Of a stretch of DNA of 64,000 nt, positions 24,065 through 33,182 are shown in pieces. The notes under the pieces were generated by a model. It saw nothing but the letters and a program-made list of their open reading frames with translations. It ran no database searches and was not told the origin of the DNA. The translations under genes and the position numbers were made by a program. Numbering within the stretch: position 1 is the first letter of the stretch; each line of letters starts with the position of its first letter. The stretch is from Alphaproteobacteria bacterium (lineage in GTDB: Bacteria > Pseudomonadota > Alphaproteobacteria > GCA-2746255): assembly GCA_965249135.1 (NCBI GenBank), contig OZ252220.1, positions 1,568,001-1,632,000 on the forward strand. Reading direction: 5' to 3'.

Positions 24065-26627
24065 TGATCACCCGGTTCGGTACGACGATGACACGGCGGA
24101 CTGGTTTCTCCTTGCAGACCTTTGCCACGGCGGGAAGGGCAAGGGCTGCCTCTTCGGCCGCCGCCTGGGCGGCGTCTCTTGGCAGTTCGACCGTTCCGCG
24201 GAGCTTGCCATTGACCTGCACGGCGACGGTCAGCGTCTCATCAAGAATAAGCCCTGGATCGGCTTGCGGCCAAGGTGTGTCGGCCAGCAGCGTTTCGTGC
24301 CCGAGCGTCTCCCAGAGCTCTTCCGCCAGATGGGGCGCCATCGGATGAATGAGGCGGGTGATCGTCTCGAGCCCTTCCCTTAAGGCCCAGGCGCTGTCCT
24401 CGCCGCCGGCCCCTTCCAGCTCGGCCAGCGCGTTCGTGAGTTCGCGGATGCGGGCGATCGCCCGGTTGAAATGAAACCGCTCCAGATCCCGGGTGACGGC
24501 GTCGATCGTCTTATGGGCGGCTTGGTGGACAATTTGCGCTTTATTTTCAAGAACTTGTGGCTTCGCCGTGGTGGCGGGCGGCAGTGGGACGGAAGGCTCG
24601 GTCGCCAGCCGCCACAGCCGGTTCGCGTAGCGCCAGGCACCCTCGATCCCGGCCTCCGTCCATTCGAGGTCGCGGTCCGGCGGGCTGTCGGAGAGCATGA
24701 AAAGGCGCGCCGTGTCCGCACCATAGGCCTCGATGATCGCCTCGGGGTCGACCGTGTTCTTCTTCGACTTGCTCATCTTTTCCGAGCGGCCGAGCGTGAC
24801 CGGTTCGCCCGTGGAAGCCATGAAGACGCCACCACCTTCCCCATGCCGCACCTCGTGGGGGTAAAGCCACTGCCCTTTCTTGTCGCGATAGGTTTCGTGG
24901 CAAACCATGCCCTGGGTCAAAAGCCCGGCGAAGGGTTCAGCAAGGTCGAGATAGCCACAGTCGCGGAGCGCGCGGGTGAAGAAGCGGGAATAAAGAAGAT
25001 GAAGGACGGCATGCTCGATCCCGCCGATATACTGATCGACCGGCATCCAGTAATCGACGGCCTTTGGCTCGAAGGCGGCCGTTTCCAGATGGGGCGAGCA
25101 GAAGCGTAAGAAATACCAGGACGATTCGAAAAACGTATCGAAGGTATCCGTCTCGCGCCGAGCCGGCTTTTTGCAGTTCGGACAATCCACCTTCTTCCAG
25201 GTGGGGTGGTGATCGAGCGGGTTCCCCGGCGTGTCGAGATGGACGTCTTGGGGCAGTTCGACCGGCAAATCTTTTTCCGGTACCGGAACGATACCGCACG
25301 CCTCGCAGTGGATGACGGGAATTGGACAACCCCAGTAACGCTGCCTGGAGATCCCCCAGTCACGCAACCGGTAAACGGTTTCGCGGGTTCCCCGGCCGAT
25401 CTTTTCGAAGGCATCCGCGACGACGCGCTTTGCCTCCTCAACGTCGCGCCCGTCGAGGAAGTCCGAGTTGATGATCGTGCCGTCCTCCGTATAGGCCGTC
25501 GCGCCAATCTCGGATGCGTCCCCTTGCGGGCTGGCGACGACGCGCTGGACGGGGGGGCCATATTTGCGGGCGAATTCGAGGTCGCGCTGATCATGGGCCG
25601 GGCAACCGAAGGTCGCTCCGCTTCCATATTCCATGAGCACGAAATTCGCGACGTAAACGGGTAAAACGACATCCTTCGCAAAGGGATGCTCGGCGATAAG
25701 TCCGGTGTCGAAGCCCTTTTTCTCGGCGGTTTCGATCGCCGCTTCGCTCATGCCTTGCCGGTTGCATGCCTCGATGAAGGCATCCAGTTCCGGATCGAGT
25801 TTTGCAAGCTCGCCGGCCAGCGGATGGCTCGGCGCCATCGCCAGAAAGGAGGCACCAAAGATCGTGTCCGCACGGGTCGTGTAGACTTCAAGCTCGCCGC
25901 TTGCTTGTCCTTGGGCGCGTTTCAGCGGAAAGCGAAGCCGCATGCCTTCCGATTTTCCGATCCAGTTTTCCTGCATGAGGCGCACGCGCGCCGGCCAACG
26001 CTCGAGGCCTTCCAATGCCGCAAGCAGTTCTTTGGCATAGGCCGTGATCTTTAGGAACCACTGGAAAAGCTTCTTGCGCTCGACCGGCGCACCGGATCGC
26101 CAGCCGCAACCGTCGATGACTTGTTCGTTCGCCAACACCGTCTGGTCGACGGGGTCCCAGTTCACCCACGATTCCTTGCGGTAGACGAGGCCCTGCTTCA
26201 GAAAGTCGAGAAACATCTTTTGTTCATGGCGGTAGTACGCCGGCGAACAAGAAGCGAGCTCTCGCGACCAGTCGTAGGACAAGCCCATCGCCATCAGCTG
26301 ATCGCGCATATGGGAGATGTTGTTCCATGTCCATTCGGAAGGGTGCGTTTTGTTTTCGATCGCAGCGTTCTCGGCGGGCATGCCGAACGCATCCCATCCC
26401 ATCGGATGAAGGACGTTATAGCCTTGCGCACGTTTGAAGCGGGCGACTACGTCACCGAGGGTGTAGTTCCGCACATGCCCCATGTGAATGCGGCCCGACG
26501 GGTAGGGGAACATTTCGAGGACGTAGTATTTTTTACGGCCCTTTTCCTCCTTGGCCGCAAAGGTCTGTCGCTCGGCCCAGATCGCCTGCCACTTCTGTTC
26601 GGCTTTTCGGAAGTTGTAGCGCGACAT
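24051..26627 (-). CDS. leuS: Leucine-tRNA ligase
   Basis: MFPYPSG..HMGH, GWDAFG, RQRYWG, KMSKS. Confidence 0.97.
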   Translation of the reverse strand: MSRYNFRKAEQKWQAIWAERQTFAAKEEKGRKKYYVLEMFPYPSGRIHMGHVRNYTLGDVVARFKRAQGYNVLHPMGWDAFGMPAENAAIENKTHPSEWTWNNISHMRDQLMAMGLSYDWSRELASCSPAYYRHEQKMFLDFLKQGLVYRKESWVNWDPVDQTVLANEQVIDGCGWRSGAPVERKKLFQWFLKITAYAKELLAALEGLERWPARVRLMQENWIGKSEGMRLRFPLKRAQGQASGELEVYTTRADTIFGASFLAMAPSHPLAGELAKLDPELDAFIEACNRQGMSEAAIETAEKKGFDTGLIAEHPFAKDVVLPVYVANFVLMEYGSGATFGCPAHDQRDLEFARKYGPPVQRVVASPQGDASEIGATAYTEDGTIINSDFLDGRDVEEAKRVVADAFEKIGRGTRETVYRLRDWGISRQRYWGCPIPVIHCEACGIVPVPEKDLPVELPQDVHLDTPGNPLDHHPTWKKVDCPNCKKPARRETDTFDTFFESSWYFLRFCSPHLETAAFEPKAVDYWMPVDQYIGGIEHAVLHLLYSRFFTRALRDCGYLDLAEPFAGLLTQGMVCHETYRDKKGQWLYPHEVRHGEGGGVFMASTGEPVTLGRSEKMSKSKKNTVDPEAIIEAYGADTARLFMLSDSPPDRDLEWTEAGIEGAWRYANRLWRLATEPSVPLPPATTAKPQVLENKAQIVHQAAHKTIDAVTRDLERFHFNRAIARIRELTNALAELEGAGGEDSAWALREGLETITRLIHPMAPHLAEELWETLGHETLLADTPWPQADPGLILDETLTVAVQVNGKLRGTVELPRDAAQAAAEEAALALPAVAKVCKEKPVRRVIVVPNRVINVVV

Positions 26628-26699
26628 GGCTGGCATTGTTCCCTGCCTAGGGTGCCGTCGCAAGGCCCGCTATTAAGAAAGTAAACGTTTGTCTCGACG

Positions 26700-27200
26700 C
26701 TATTTGGCCGTCCGGTTGATCCGTATCTGGCGCGCCCGAGTGAGAATGTTGTCTTCGAGTTGGATGACGGTCTTCGGATCTACTTCCGCGTCCACCCAGG
26801 CACCATCGGGCTGCTGCACCTGGCGGAAGGCGGCCACCCGAAGGCCATCGGCGCGAAGATCCCGGCCCAGGATATAAACCGTGAGCTTGAAGCGTTCGCT
26901 GGGCGATTCAGGAGGGGCGTACCAGTCCGTGATGATGATGCCGCCGAAGGGATCGGCGGAGGCAAGCGGCATAAACGAAATCGTGTCCAGCGAGGCCCGC
27001 CATAGATAGGCGTTGATCCCCGCACCGGTTGCGCCGGTGTTTCCGCCCTCGAGAACCGCCGTCGAATCACTGACCTGAGTGGTTTTTTTCCGATCCGGCA
27101 GGGAGGGGTTTTGGCCCCAGATCCCCTCAACGACCGAACAGCCCCCCAGCAGGCCGGCCAAGAAGAGGGCTACGAAACTTTGCTTCCAGCTTTGCATCAT
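26700..27200 (-). CDS. DUF3576-family lipoprotein
   Basis: Lipobox LGGC; N.YLWRASLDT.SFMPL.SADPFGG.IITDWY; usual position upstream of leuS. Confidence 0.82.
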   Translation of the reverse strand: MMQSWKQSFVALFLAGLLGGCSVVEGIWGQNPSLPDRKKTTQVSDSTAVLEGGNTGATGAGINAYLWRASLDTISFMPLASADPFGGIIITDWYAPPESPSERFKLTVYILGRDLRADGLRVAAFRQVQQPDGAWVDAEVDPKTVIQLEDNILTRARQIRINRTAK

Positions 27201-27263
27201 GGCCGGGAGTATGCACGAACTGGTTGGCTGACTTCCAGCGGAAACTGAGAGAAACCGGGGCTC

Positions 27264-27920
27264 TCAAGGGGGTAGCGTCCGGTTGTCGGCGAGCGCGGAG
27301 ACAGCCGCGATGCCGGCCGCGCCGGAGCCGCGAAGCCGTCGCACCGTTCCAAGATCGACCCCGCCCAAGCCATAAACCGGCACGCGCGCGCCATGGGCAA
27401 GGGTTGCGAATCGGGCGATTCCAAGAGGCCGCGCCTTCGGGTGGCCCATCGTCGCAAAAAGCGGCGCCATCAGCACCGCATCCACACCATTGGCCGTGGC
27501 ATGGTAAAGGGCTGCTTCGGAATGGGCGGCCGCCGTCAACAGCCAGCCCGGCCGCCGCCGCCGCCAGCCGTAACCGTCGCTTACACGCCCACGGGCAAGC
27601 CATTCCGGCAGATGAAGGCCATCCGCACGGACCTCCGCGGCCAGGGGCCCATCGCCTGCGACGAGCAGGCGAAGCCCCCGCAACCGGCAAAGCGAAGCGA
27701 GACGATGGGCAAGGGCGCGGCGTGACGGCGCGTCGTAATGGCGAAGGATGACGAGGCTGCCCCGCGGTAGCTGGAGGATGGCCGGCTCAGGGTTCGGGAA
27801 GCGCTTGGCATCCGTCAGGTGGATAAGCGGCGGCAGTCTTTTCTTGCCGATGCCGCCCGGCGTTGCATGAAAGGCGCCGCAACGGAGCAGGGATGAGCGA
27901 TTCGGTGGAATCTCCGGCAC
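27264..27920 (-). CDS. Thiamine phosphate synthase-like (ThiE/TenI) protein; start uncertain
   Basis: ADGLHL, AAH, P.F.T..H, YGLGG; divergent from yggS. Confidence 0.72.
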   Translation of the reverse strand: MPEIPPNRSSLLRCGAFHATPGGIGKKRLPPLIHLTDAKRFPNPEPAILQLPRGSLVILRHYDAPSRRALAHRLASLCRLRGLRLLVAGDGPLAAEVRADGLHLPEWLARGRVSDGYGWRRRRPGWLLTAAAHSEAALYHATANGVDAVLMAPLFATMGHPKARPLGIARFATLAHGARVPVYGLGGVDLGTVRRLRGSGAAGIAAVSALADNRTLPP

Positions 27921-27967
27921 GACCTTTCTATCCTCAAAGCGTCAAGCGATCCTTGGAAGGTGCCACG

Positions 27968-28675
27968 ATGGCGAACGATCTGCAAAGCGACCCATCCGAC
28001 CCGCAATTAGCCATCGGGATGAGGATTCGTGCCCTTCGGGCCGAAGTGGGGAGCGTGGAAAGCAAGCTCCGTCTGGCGGAGGCCCCGTCCGTCCTCGTTG
28101 CCGTGACGAAGACGGTGCCGGAAACGGCCATTCGCGTCGCCCTTGAAGCCGGCCATCGCATCTTCGGGGAAAACCGTGTCCAGGAGGCGGCTGCAAAATG
28201 GCCACGTTTGCGCGAAGGCTACCCTGATATCGAGCTCCACCTCATCGGCCCGCTTCAGACGAACAAGGTGAAACAGGCGATTGGCCTTTTCGATGCCATC
28301 GAGACGCTGGATCGGCCGAAGCTGGCAAGGGCCCTCGCGGCGGCGGGCGCCGATGGTGGGCCTCTGCCGCGCCTCTTCGTCCAGGTGAACACCGGTGAAG
28401 AGGCGAGCAAGACCGGCGTGCCTCCGGCCGAGGCCGATTCGTTTCTGGCCCTTTGCCGCGACGAGCTTGGGCTTGCCATCGAAGGGCTCATGTGCGTTCC
28501 GCCGGTGGACGAGGAACCGGCATTGCATTTTGCCCTTCTTCACGAAATCGCGCGGCGCAACGCCCTTCGTGGCTTAAGCATGGGGATGAGCGGCGATTAT
28601 GAGACCGCCCTTACCTTCGGCGCCAGTCACGTACGGCTGGGAACGGCGATCTTCGGGCCGCGCGGCGAGGCTTAA
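27968..28675 (+). CDS. yggS: PLP homeostasis protein YggS
   Basis: VAVTKT, FGENRVQE, HLIGPLQTNK, LSMGMSGD, VRLGTAIFG.R. Confidence 0.93.
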   Translation: MANDLQSDPSDPQLAIGMRIRALRAEVGSVESKLRLAEAPSVLVAVTKTVPETAIRVALEAGHRIFGENRVQEAAAKWPRLREGYPDIELHLIGPLQTNKVKQAIGLFDAIETLDRPKLARALAAAGADGGPLPRLFVQVNTGEEASKTGVPPAEADSFLALCRDELGLAIEGLMCVPPVDEEPALHFALLHEIARRNALRGLSMGMSGDYETALTFGASHVRLGTAIFGPRGEA

Positions 28676-29178
28676 GGCGTTTTTGAGGAAATCCGGAGCG
28701 CCGACCCGGCATCGGCCTCGCTCAAGATCGTTTGAAGGTCCTTAAGCGCGAACGCGACGCAGCCCTCGGTCGGTTCGTAACCGGCTTTTGCCACGTGAAT
28801 GAAAATGGCGCTTCCCTTGCCCGGCGCAGTCGGGGTGTCGTTGAAGCCGGGGATCAGCAGGAGGTCATAGAGGAAATCCTCCCGCCACAGGTGTTCCGCA
28901 CTCGCCTCGAAAGGAAACGTCACGGGCCGGTTGTAATCCGTGTGCTCGGATGCGTCGCACCAACCGTCTTCCGGTTGGATGGCGGCGACGGGAAGAAGGG
29001 TTTCCGGTTTTACCAGGCGGTCGGCCCGGTAGAGGACGCGACGCAAGGGAAAGACGCCTTCGGGGGTTGCCCCATCGCCCTCGCGCTTTTCCGTGCTGAC
29101 GCCATTGCTGCCGAGCGCGCAACGAAAATGTGACGCGCCCCACCGGGCGGTTCCGTTTGCGAAGACGAGAAGGTCCAT
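28672..29178 (-). CDS. L,D-transpeptidase (YkuD-like) family protein
   Basis: KREGDGATP.G, GWCD, GSAIFIH....PTEGC. Confidence 0.85.
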   Translation of the reverse strand: MDLLVFANGTARWGASHFRCALGSNGVSTEKREGDGATPEGVFPLRRVLYRADRLVKPETLLPVAAIQPEDGWCDASEHTDYNRPVTFPFEASAEHLWREDFLYDLLLIPGFNDTPTAPGKGSAIFIHVAKAGYEPTEGCVAFALKDLQTILSEADAGSALRISSKTP

Positions 29179-29218
29179 CGACCGCCTTATAGCCTTCTCT
29201 TAAGCGAGGAACAAAGGC

Positions 29219-29797
29219 TCAGGCGTTCAGATTCAGGGAGGGGACCTTGGGCAAGGCGAGGCTTCGGCTTTTTTCGTAGGCGTCCAATTGTCGGTCGAAG
29301 CGAAGGGCGAAGGTTTGGAAGGCGACGCCGGCTTCGTCCTTTTCGTCGTCCTTCTTTTGGGCCGCTTCCTGCATCCCTTCGAGCAGGGCAAGGTCGAGCG
29401 AGCTTCCGAAGCCTGTTTCCGGCAGGCGCTTCGCGGCGACGGCGGTTGGCGATGGCGTGTCGTCGAAGAAGTAGGCGAGCGTCGTCTTGCCGATGTCCTT
29501 GCCGGTGACCGCCTCGAAGGCGGCATTCACGGCGGAACCGATCAAGCCGGGGATGCCGGCAAACAGCACCCCGTCGGCAAGCCGGGAGACGGCGCCGATG
29601 CGATCCCCCGTCAACTCACGGTAAAGGGTTCCAACGATGGGTAGGTGTTGCAGCGGGTTCACCGCGTCCAGCAGATCGCTGAAGCTGAACCCGTTCCCAT
29701 CCCATAGCGAAAAGCCCCCCTCGTCACGGCCGGCGGCGGCAGGCGGCTGGTTCGTCGCCTTCGGTGCAGGCGTTATGGAGGCGGCTTCGACCATCAA
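29219..29797 (-). CDS. Hypothetical protein with NPLQHLP motif
   Basis: 192-aa ORF filling the gap; core DLLDAVNPLQHLPIVGTLYRELTGD looks like a conserved segment; function unknown. Confidence 0.7.
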   Translation of the reverse strand: MMVEAASITPAPKATNQPPAAAGRDEGGFSLWDGNGFSFSDLLDAVNPLQHLPIVGTLYRELTGDRIGAVSRLADGVLFAGIPGLIGSAVNAAFEAVTGKDIGKTTLAYFFDDTPSPTAVAAKRLPETGFGSSLDLALLEGMQEAAQKKDDEKDEAGVAFQTFALRFDRQLDAYEKSRSLALPKVPSLNLNA

Positions 29798-30027
29798 AAC
29801 CCTTTCTGGGTAAGATCCGAAGCAAGGAAAGTGCCAAATGGACCCTCGAAAAACCGGTTTCAGATCACGCGCTTAAGGCTTAACGCCTGGAGTAGGGAGG
29901 AAGAAGGTGGGTGGAGCGGCAAAAAATGCCGATACCTTTTTTTCGTAGGCCCGGAAGGCGGCCGAAACGTGATAAGGTCAGGGGCGAGATTAAGGGAAGG
30001 AAAGTCGCCCGAAAGGGAGGGGGATAC

Positions 30028-30717
30028 ATGGAGACGAAGCCGGGAAAATGCATCCTGGTGATCGAAGACGACTCGGCCCTTCGCCAATCCTTAGCCGAAC
30101 AGCTTCAGCTTCACGAGGAGTTCGAGGTCGATGAGGCCGGGGACGGGGCGCAAGGGCTGGAGGTCGTCAAGAAAGGCCATCACGACCTGATTCTTCTGGA
30201 CGTTCATCTGCCCGACATGGATGGCCGGGAGGTCTGCAAGCTTATTCGGCGCGCCGGTATTCTCACGCCGGTCATCATGTTGACCGGCGCGAATTCGGAG
30301 GTGGACACCATCTTCGGCCTCGACTCGGGCGCCAACGACTATGTCACGAAACCGTTCAAGCTTGGCGTTCTGCTGGCCCGCATCCGCTCCCAACTTCGCC
30401 AGCATGAACAAAGCGAGAATGCCGTCTTTACGATCGGCCCCTACCGCTTTCGGCCGAGCCTTCGTCAACTGCAGGCAGACGGCAAGGTGGTCCGGCTGAC
30501 GGACAAGGAATCGGCGATCTTGAAATATCTCTGCCGGGTGGGCGAGAAGGTGGTGAGCCGGGAAGTACTGTTGAGCGAGGTCTGGGGCTACAATGCAGGC
30601 GTCACGACCCATACGCTTGGAACCCACATCTACCGGCTTCGCCAGAAGATCGAACAGGATCCGGCGAATGCTGAAATCCTGTTGACGGAGTCCGGCGGCT
30701 ACCGCCTGAACGCCTGA
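30028..30717 (+). CDS. OmpR-family response regulator (no kinase in window)
   Basis: VIEDD, ILLD..LPD, GANDYVTKPF, winged helix HIYRLRQKIE..GGY. Confidence 0.92.
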   Translation: METKPGKCILVIEDDSALRQSLAEQLQLHEEFEVDEAGDGAQGLEVVKKGHHDLILLDVHLPDMDGREVCKLIRRAGILTPVIMLTGANSEVDTIFGLDSGANDYVTKPFKLGVLLARIRSQLRQHEQSENAVFTIGPYRFRPSLRQLQADGKVVRLTDKESAILKYLCRVGEKVVSREVLLSEVWGYNAGVTTHTLGTHIYRLRQKIEQDPANAEILLTESGGYRLNA

Positions 30718-30720
30718 TTT

Positions 30721-31551
30721 CTACTTTCTTTTTGCGGATGCTTTGTGCGCGGCTGGCCAGTCGAAGACGGCCAGCACCGGCGCGTGATCGGAGGGCTTCT
30801 CCCAGCCCCGGGCGATTTTTAGAATTTCCGCCGAGACGAGCCCGGCTTCGAGGGGGCTTGTGATCCAGATGTGATCGAGGCGGCGTCCACGATCCGAACG
30901 GGCCCAGTCGCGGGCGCGGTAGCTCCACCAACTGTAAAGGCGTTCGGCTTCCGGAACGAAATGGCGGACGGCGTCGACCCAGTTTGCGCTTGCCTGCAAT
31001 CGCTTCATACGCTCGATCTCGACCGGCGTGTGGCTCACGACCTTCAACAATTGCCGGTGTGACCAGACGTCCGTCTCGAGGGGCGCGACGTTGAGATCGC
31101 CCACCAGGATGGCCTTCTTCACGTGCGCCTTTGGTTGGCTGAACCAGGCGGCCATTTCGTCCAGGAAGGCGAGCTTGTGGGCGAAGGATGGATTTTCTTG
31201 CAGGTCCGCCACGTCACCGCCCGCCGGCACGTAGAAATTATGAAGCTCGATGTCGCCCGGCAGCGTGGCTTGGGCGTGGCGGCGGTCGTCACGGCTCGCC
31301 CATTCCCTGCCGCCGGGCGCGGTCAAGGGGAGCCGGGAAAGAATGGCGACCCCGTGATAGCCCTTCTGGCCGCGGATGACGGCATGCGGATAACCGGCAT
31401 CAACGAAGAAGTTTTGCGGAAAGTGGGCATCCTCCACCTTCGTTTCCTGCAGGCACAGCACGTCCGGTGCGAGTTTGCGGATCAGGCGTTCCAGTAACGG
31501 CAGCCGAATGCGAACGGAGTTTACGTTCCAGCTTACGATCTTGACCTTCAT
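30721..31551 (-). CDS. xth: Exodeoxyribonuclease III
   Basis: SWNVNS, LQETK, GDLN, RRLDHIW, SDHAP. Confidence 0.93.
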   Translation of the reverse strand: MKVKIVSWNVNSVRIRLPLLERLIRKLAPDVLCLQETKVEDAHFPQNFFVDAGYPHAVIRGQKGYHGVAILSRLPLTAPGGREWASRDDRRHAQATLPGDIELHNFYVPAGGDVADLQENPSFAHKLAFLDEMAAWFSQPKAHVKKAILVGDLNVAPLETDVWSHRQLLKVVSHTPVEIERMKRLQASANWVDAVRHFVPEAERLYSWWSYRARDWARSDRGRRLDHIWITSPLEAGLVSAEILKIARGWEKPSDHAPVLAVFDWPAAHKASAKRK

Positions 31552-31561
31552 CGGCTTCGGT

Positions 31562-32494
31562 CTAGTCGGAGAGCATGGCAAGGATTGAGGCCTTCGTCCG
31601 TGCCGTCGCCTCGAAGAGCAGCAGGTGGCTGGTGCCATCGACGACGCTAAGCGTGGCGCCGGGAACGCGTTCGGTGAAATCGGGAGCCAGTTTCGCGATC
31701 CAGTCGCCGGCAAGGCCGATCTTGGGGTCGCCCGAGACGAAGCGAACCGGCATCGGGAAGTCGGGCAAGCCGTCATAGTTTGCCGGATCGACGTGGCAGG
31801 CGAAGATCGCCGCCTCGACTTCCGGCGGCGAGGTAAGGGTGTAGTCTTCCTCGCCGGTGGGCCGCAGATTCGCGCGCGCGTAATTGAGAAGACGGCCTTC
31901 CTCGAACAATCGAAAGAGGGATTTGCCCTTAAGCGCGTCGGCCAACGTTTTCGGGTTCGGCCAGCGCGCCTTTCGGTTTTGCGAGAGCCGGACAAGCTCG
32001 TCCGTTCGCCTTTCGGCCTCGGCGTGCAAGGGATGCGCAGGCGGCGGGAAGATGGGCGGCTCGAAGAGCGTGGCACCTTCCCAGAAACGGCGTTTTCGCA
32101 TGGAACCGAGCCTGAGGGCCGCGACCGCGTTCAGGGAATGCGCCGCGTAGTAAAGCGGCGCCGTCCCGATCTCGTTGCGTACGCTTTCGGTGACCACCTC
32201 CAAATCGGTCGCGAAGGCATCCATGTTGTAATGAAGATCAAGCTCGGTCTCCGGCGCGGACGAGCCGCCATGCCCCCGCGCATCGAAAGTGAACACGGTG
32301 GCCTGCAACGCCAGTTCTTCGAGGAGTTGCAGATAGGAGCCGGCCGCCATGCCGTTCGCATGGCCGAAAAGAATGACCGGTCCCTCCTGAACCGGTCCGA
32401 TCATCCGGTAAAGCTTGAGCTGGATTCCGTTTGGGCGAAGCACCGCATTCGCTTCGGCCTTTTCATGGGGGATCGAACGAAAGGTCTCCGACAT
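31562..32494 (-). CDS. Alpha/beta hydrolase
   Basis: HANG, DARGHG.S, AHSLNA elbow, late SH. Confidence 0.8.
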   Translation of the reverse strand: MSETFRSIPHEKAEANAVLRPNGIQLKLYRMIGPVQEGPVILFGHANGMAAGSYLQLLEELALQATVFTFDARGHGGSSAPETELDLHYNMDAFATDLEVVTESVRNEIGTAPLYYAAHSLNAVAALRLGSMRKRRFWEGATLFEPPIFPPPAHPLHAEAERRTDELVRLSQNRKARWPNPKTLADALKGKSLFRLFEEGRLLNYARANLRPTGEEDYTLTSPPEVEAAIFACHVDPANYDGLPDFPMPVRFVSGDPKIGLAGDWIAKLAPDFTERVPGATLSVVDGTSHLLLFEATARTKASILAMLSD

Positions 32495-32516
32495 AAAAAT
32501 TTGCCTTAAGCACGAC

Positions 32517-33155
32517 TTAGCGACGCCGCGGTCCGACTTTGCGCTTTTTGTACGGGTCTCGAAGTTCGAAGAGTTTTGGATTGAACGCCTTGCCGAATTC
32601 CGCATTTAGCAGGCCGACACGCGTCGTCAATCCTTGCGCATCCGTCACTTCCCATTGACGAAGCGCGAAGGGAGCTTCGCTGAAAACGAGGGTTAGCTTG
32701 CCGGCCTTGGGGTCTTCCGTCTCGATGAGTTGGATGCGGACGGCGCCGGGCGTCTTCTCGACCGCCGTCACCGTAATCTCGCCGTTGAGTCGGATCTTTT
32801 CCTGAAGCAGAAACGCGGCCGGTGTCGATGAAAGCGGAAGGTAGGTAACTTCCTCGAGCTCTTTGTCCTGGTAGGCGAGCCAATCGTCGGCCGCGATAAG
32901 CAAGAGCGGTACGGGCGGATCGTATTCGATCCGCATCCGCCCGGGTCGTGCGAGGTAGACGTCGCCTTCCGCCAGTTCTCCGCTCGGCCCCACCTGGACG
33001 AAGCGGGCATGGATCGTCGTGAGGCGATTGAGATAGCTCTCGACCCGGTCGATCGCTGCGCGCAGTTCCGGCGCGAATTCCGTCTTCGCGGCGACGGCGT
33101 CCGCGGAAAGGGTTGCAAACCCTAAAAGAAGAGCGAAGGTAAAGCAGTTGCGCAA
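32517..33155 (-). CDS. lolA: Outer-membrane lipoprotein carrier LolA
   Basis: Signal peptide; F.Q, RPGRMR.EY; downstream of ftsK. Confidence 0.88.
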   Translation of the reverse strand: MRNCFTFALLLGFATLSADAVAAKTEFAPELRAAIDRVESYLNRLTTIHARFVQVGPSGELAEGDVYLARPGRMRIEYDPPVPLLLIAADDWLAYQDKELEEVTYLPLSSTPAAFLLQEKIRLNGEITVTAVEKTPGAVRIQLIETEDPKAGKLTLVFSEAPFALRQWEVTDAQGLTTRVGLLNAEFGKAFNPKLFELRDPYKKRKVGPRRR

Positions 33156-33182
33156 CAGGAGTAAGCCTCGACCGAGATTTCT

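Noticed and set aside
30721-32076. Apparent 451-aa extended Xth or hydrolase-Xth fusion
   Set aside because: The upstream part overlaps the hydrolase in another frame; the hydrolase has its own stop and Xth starts at ATG 31551
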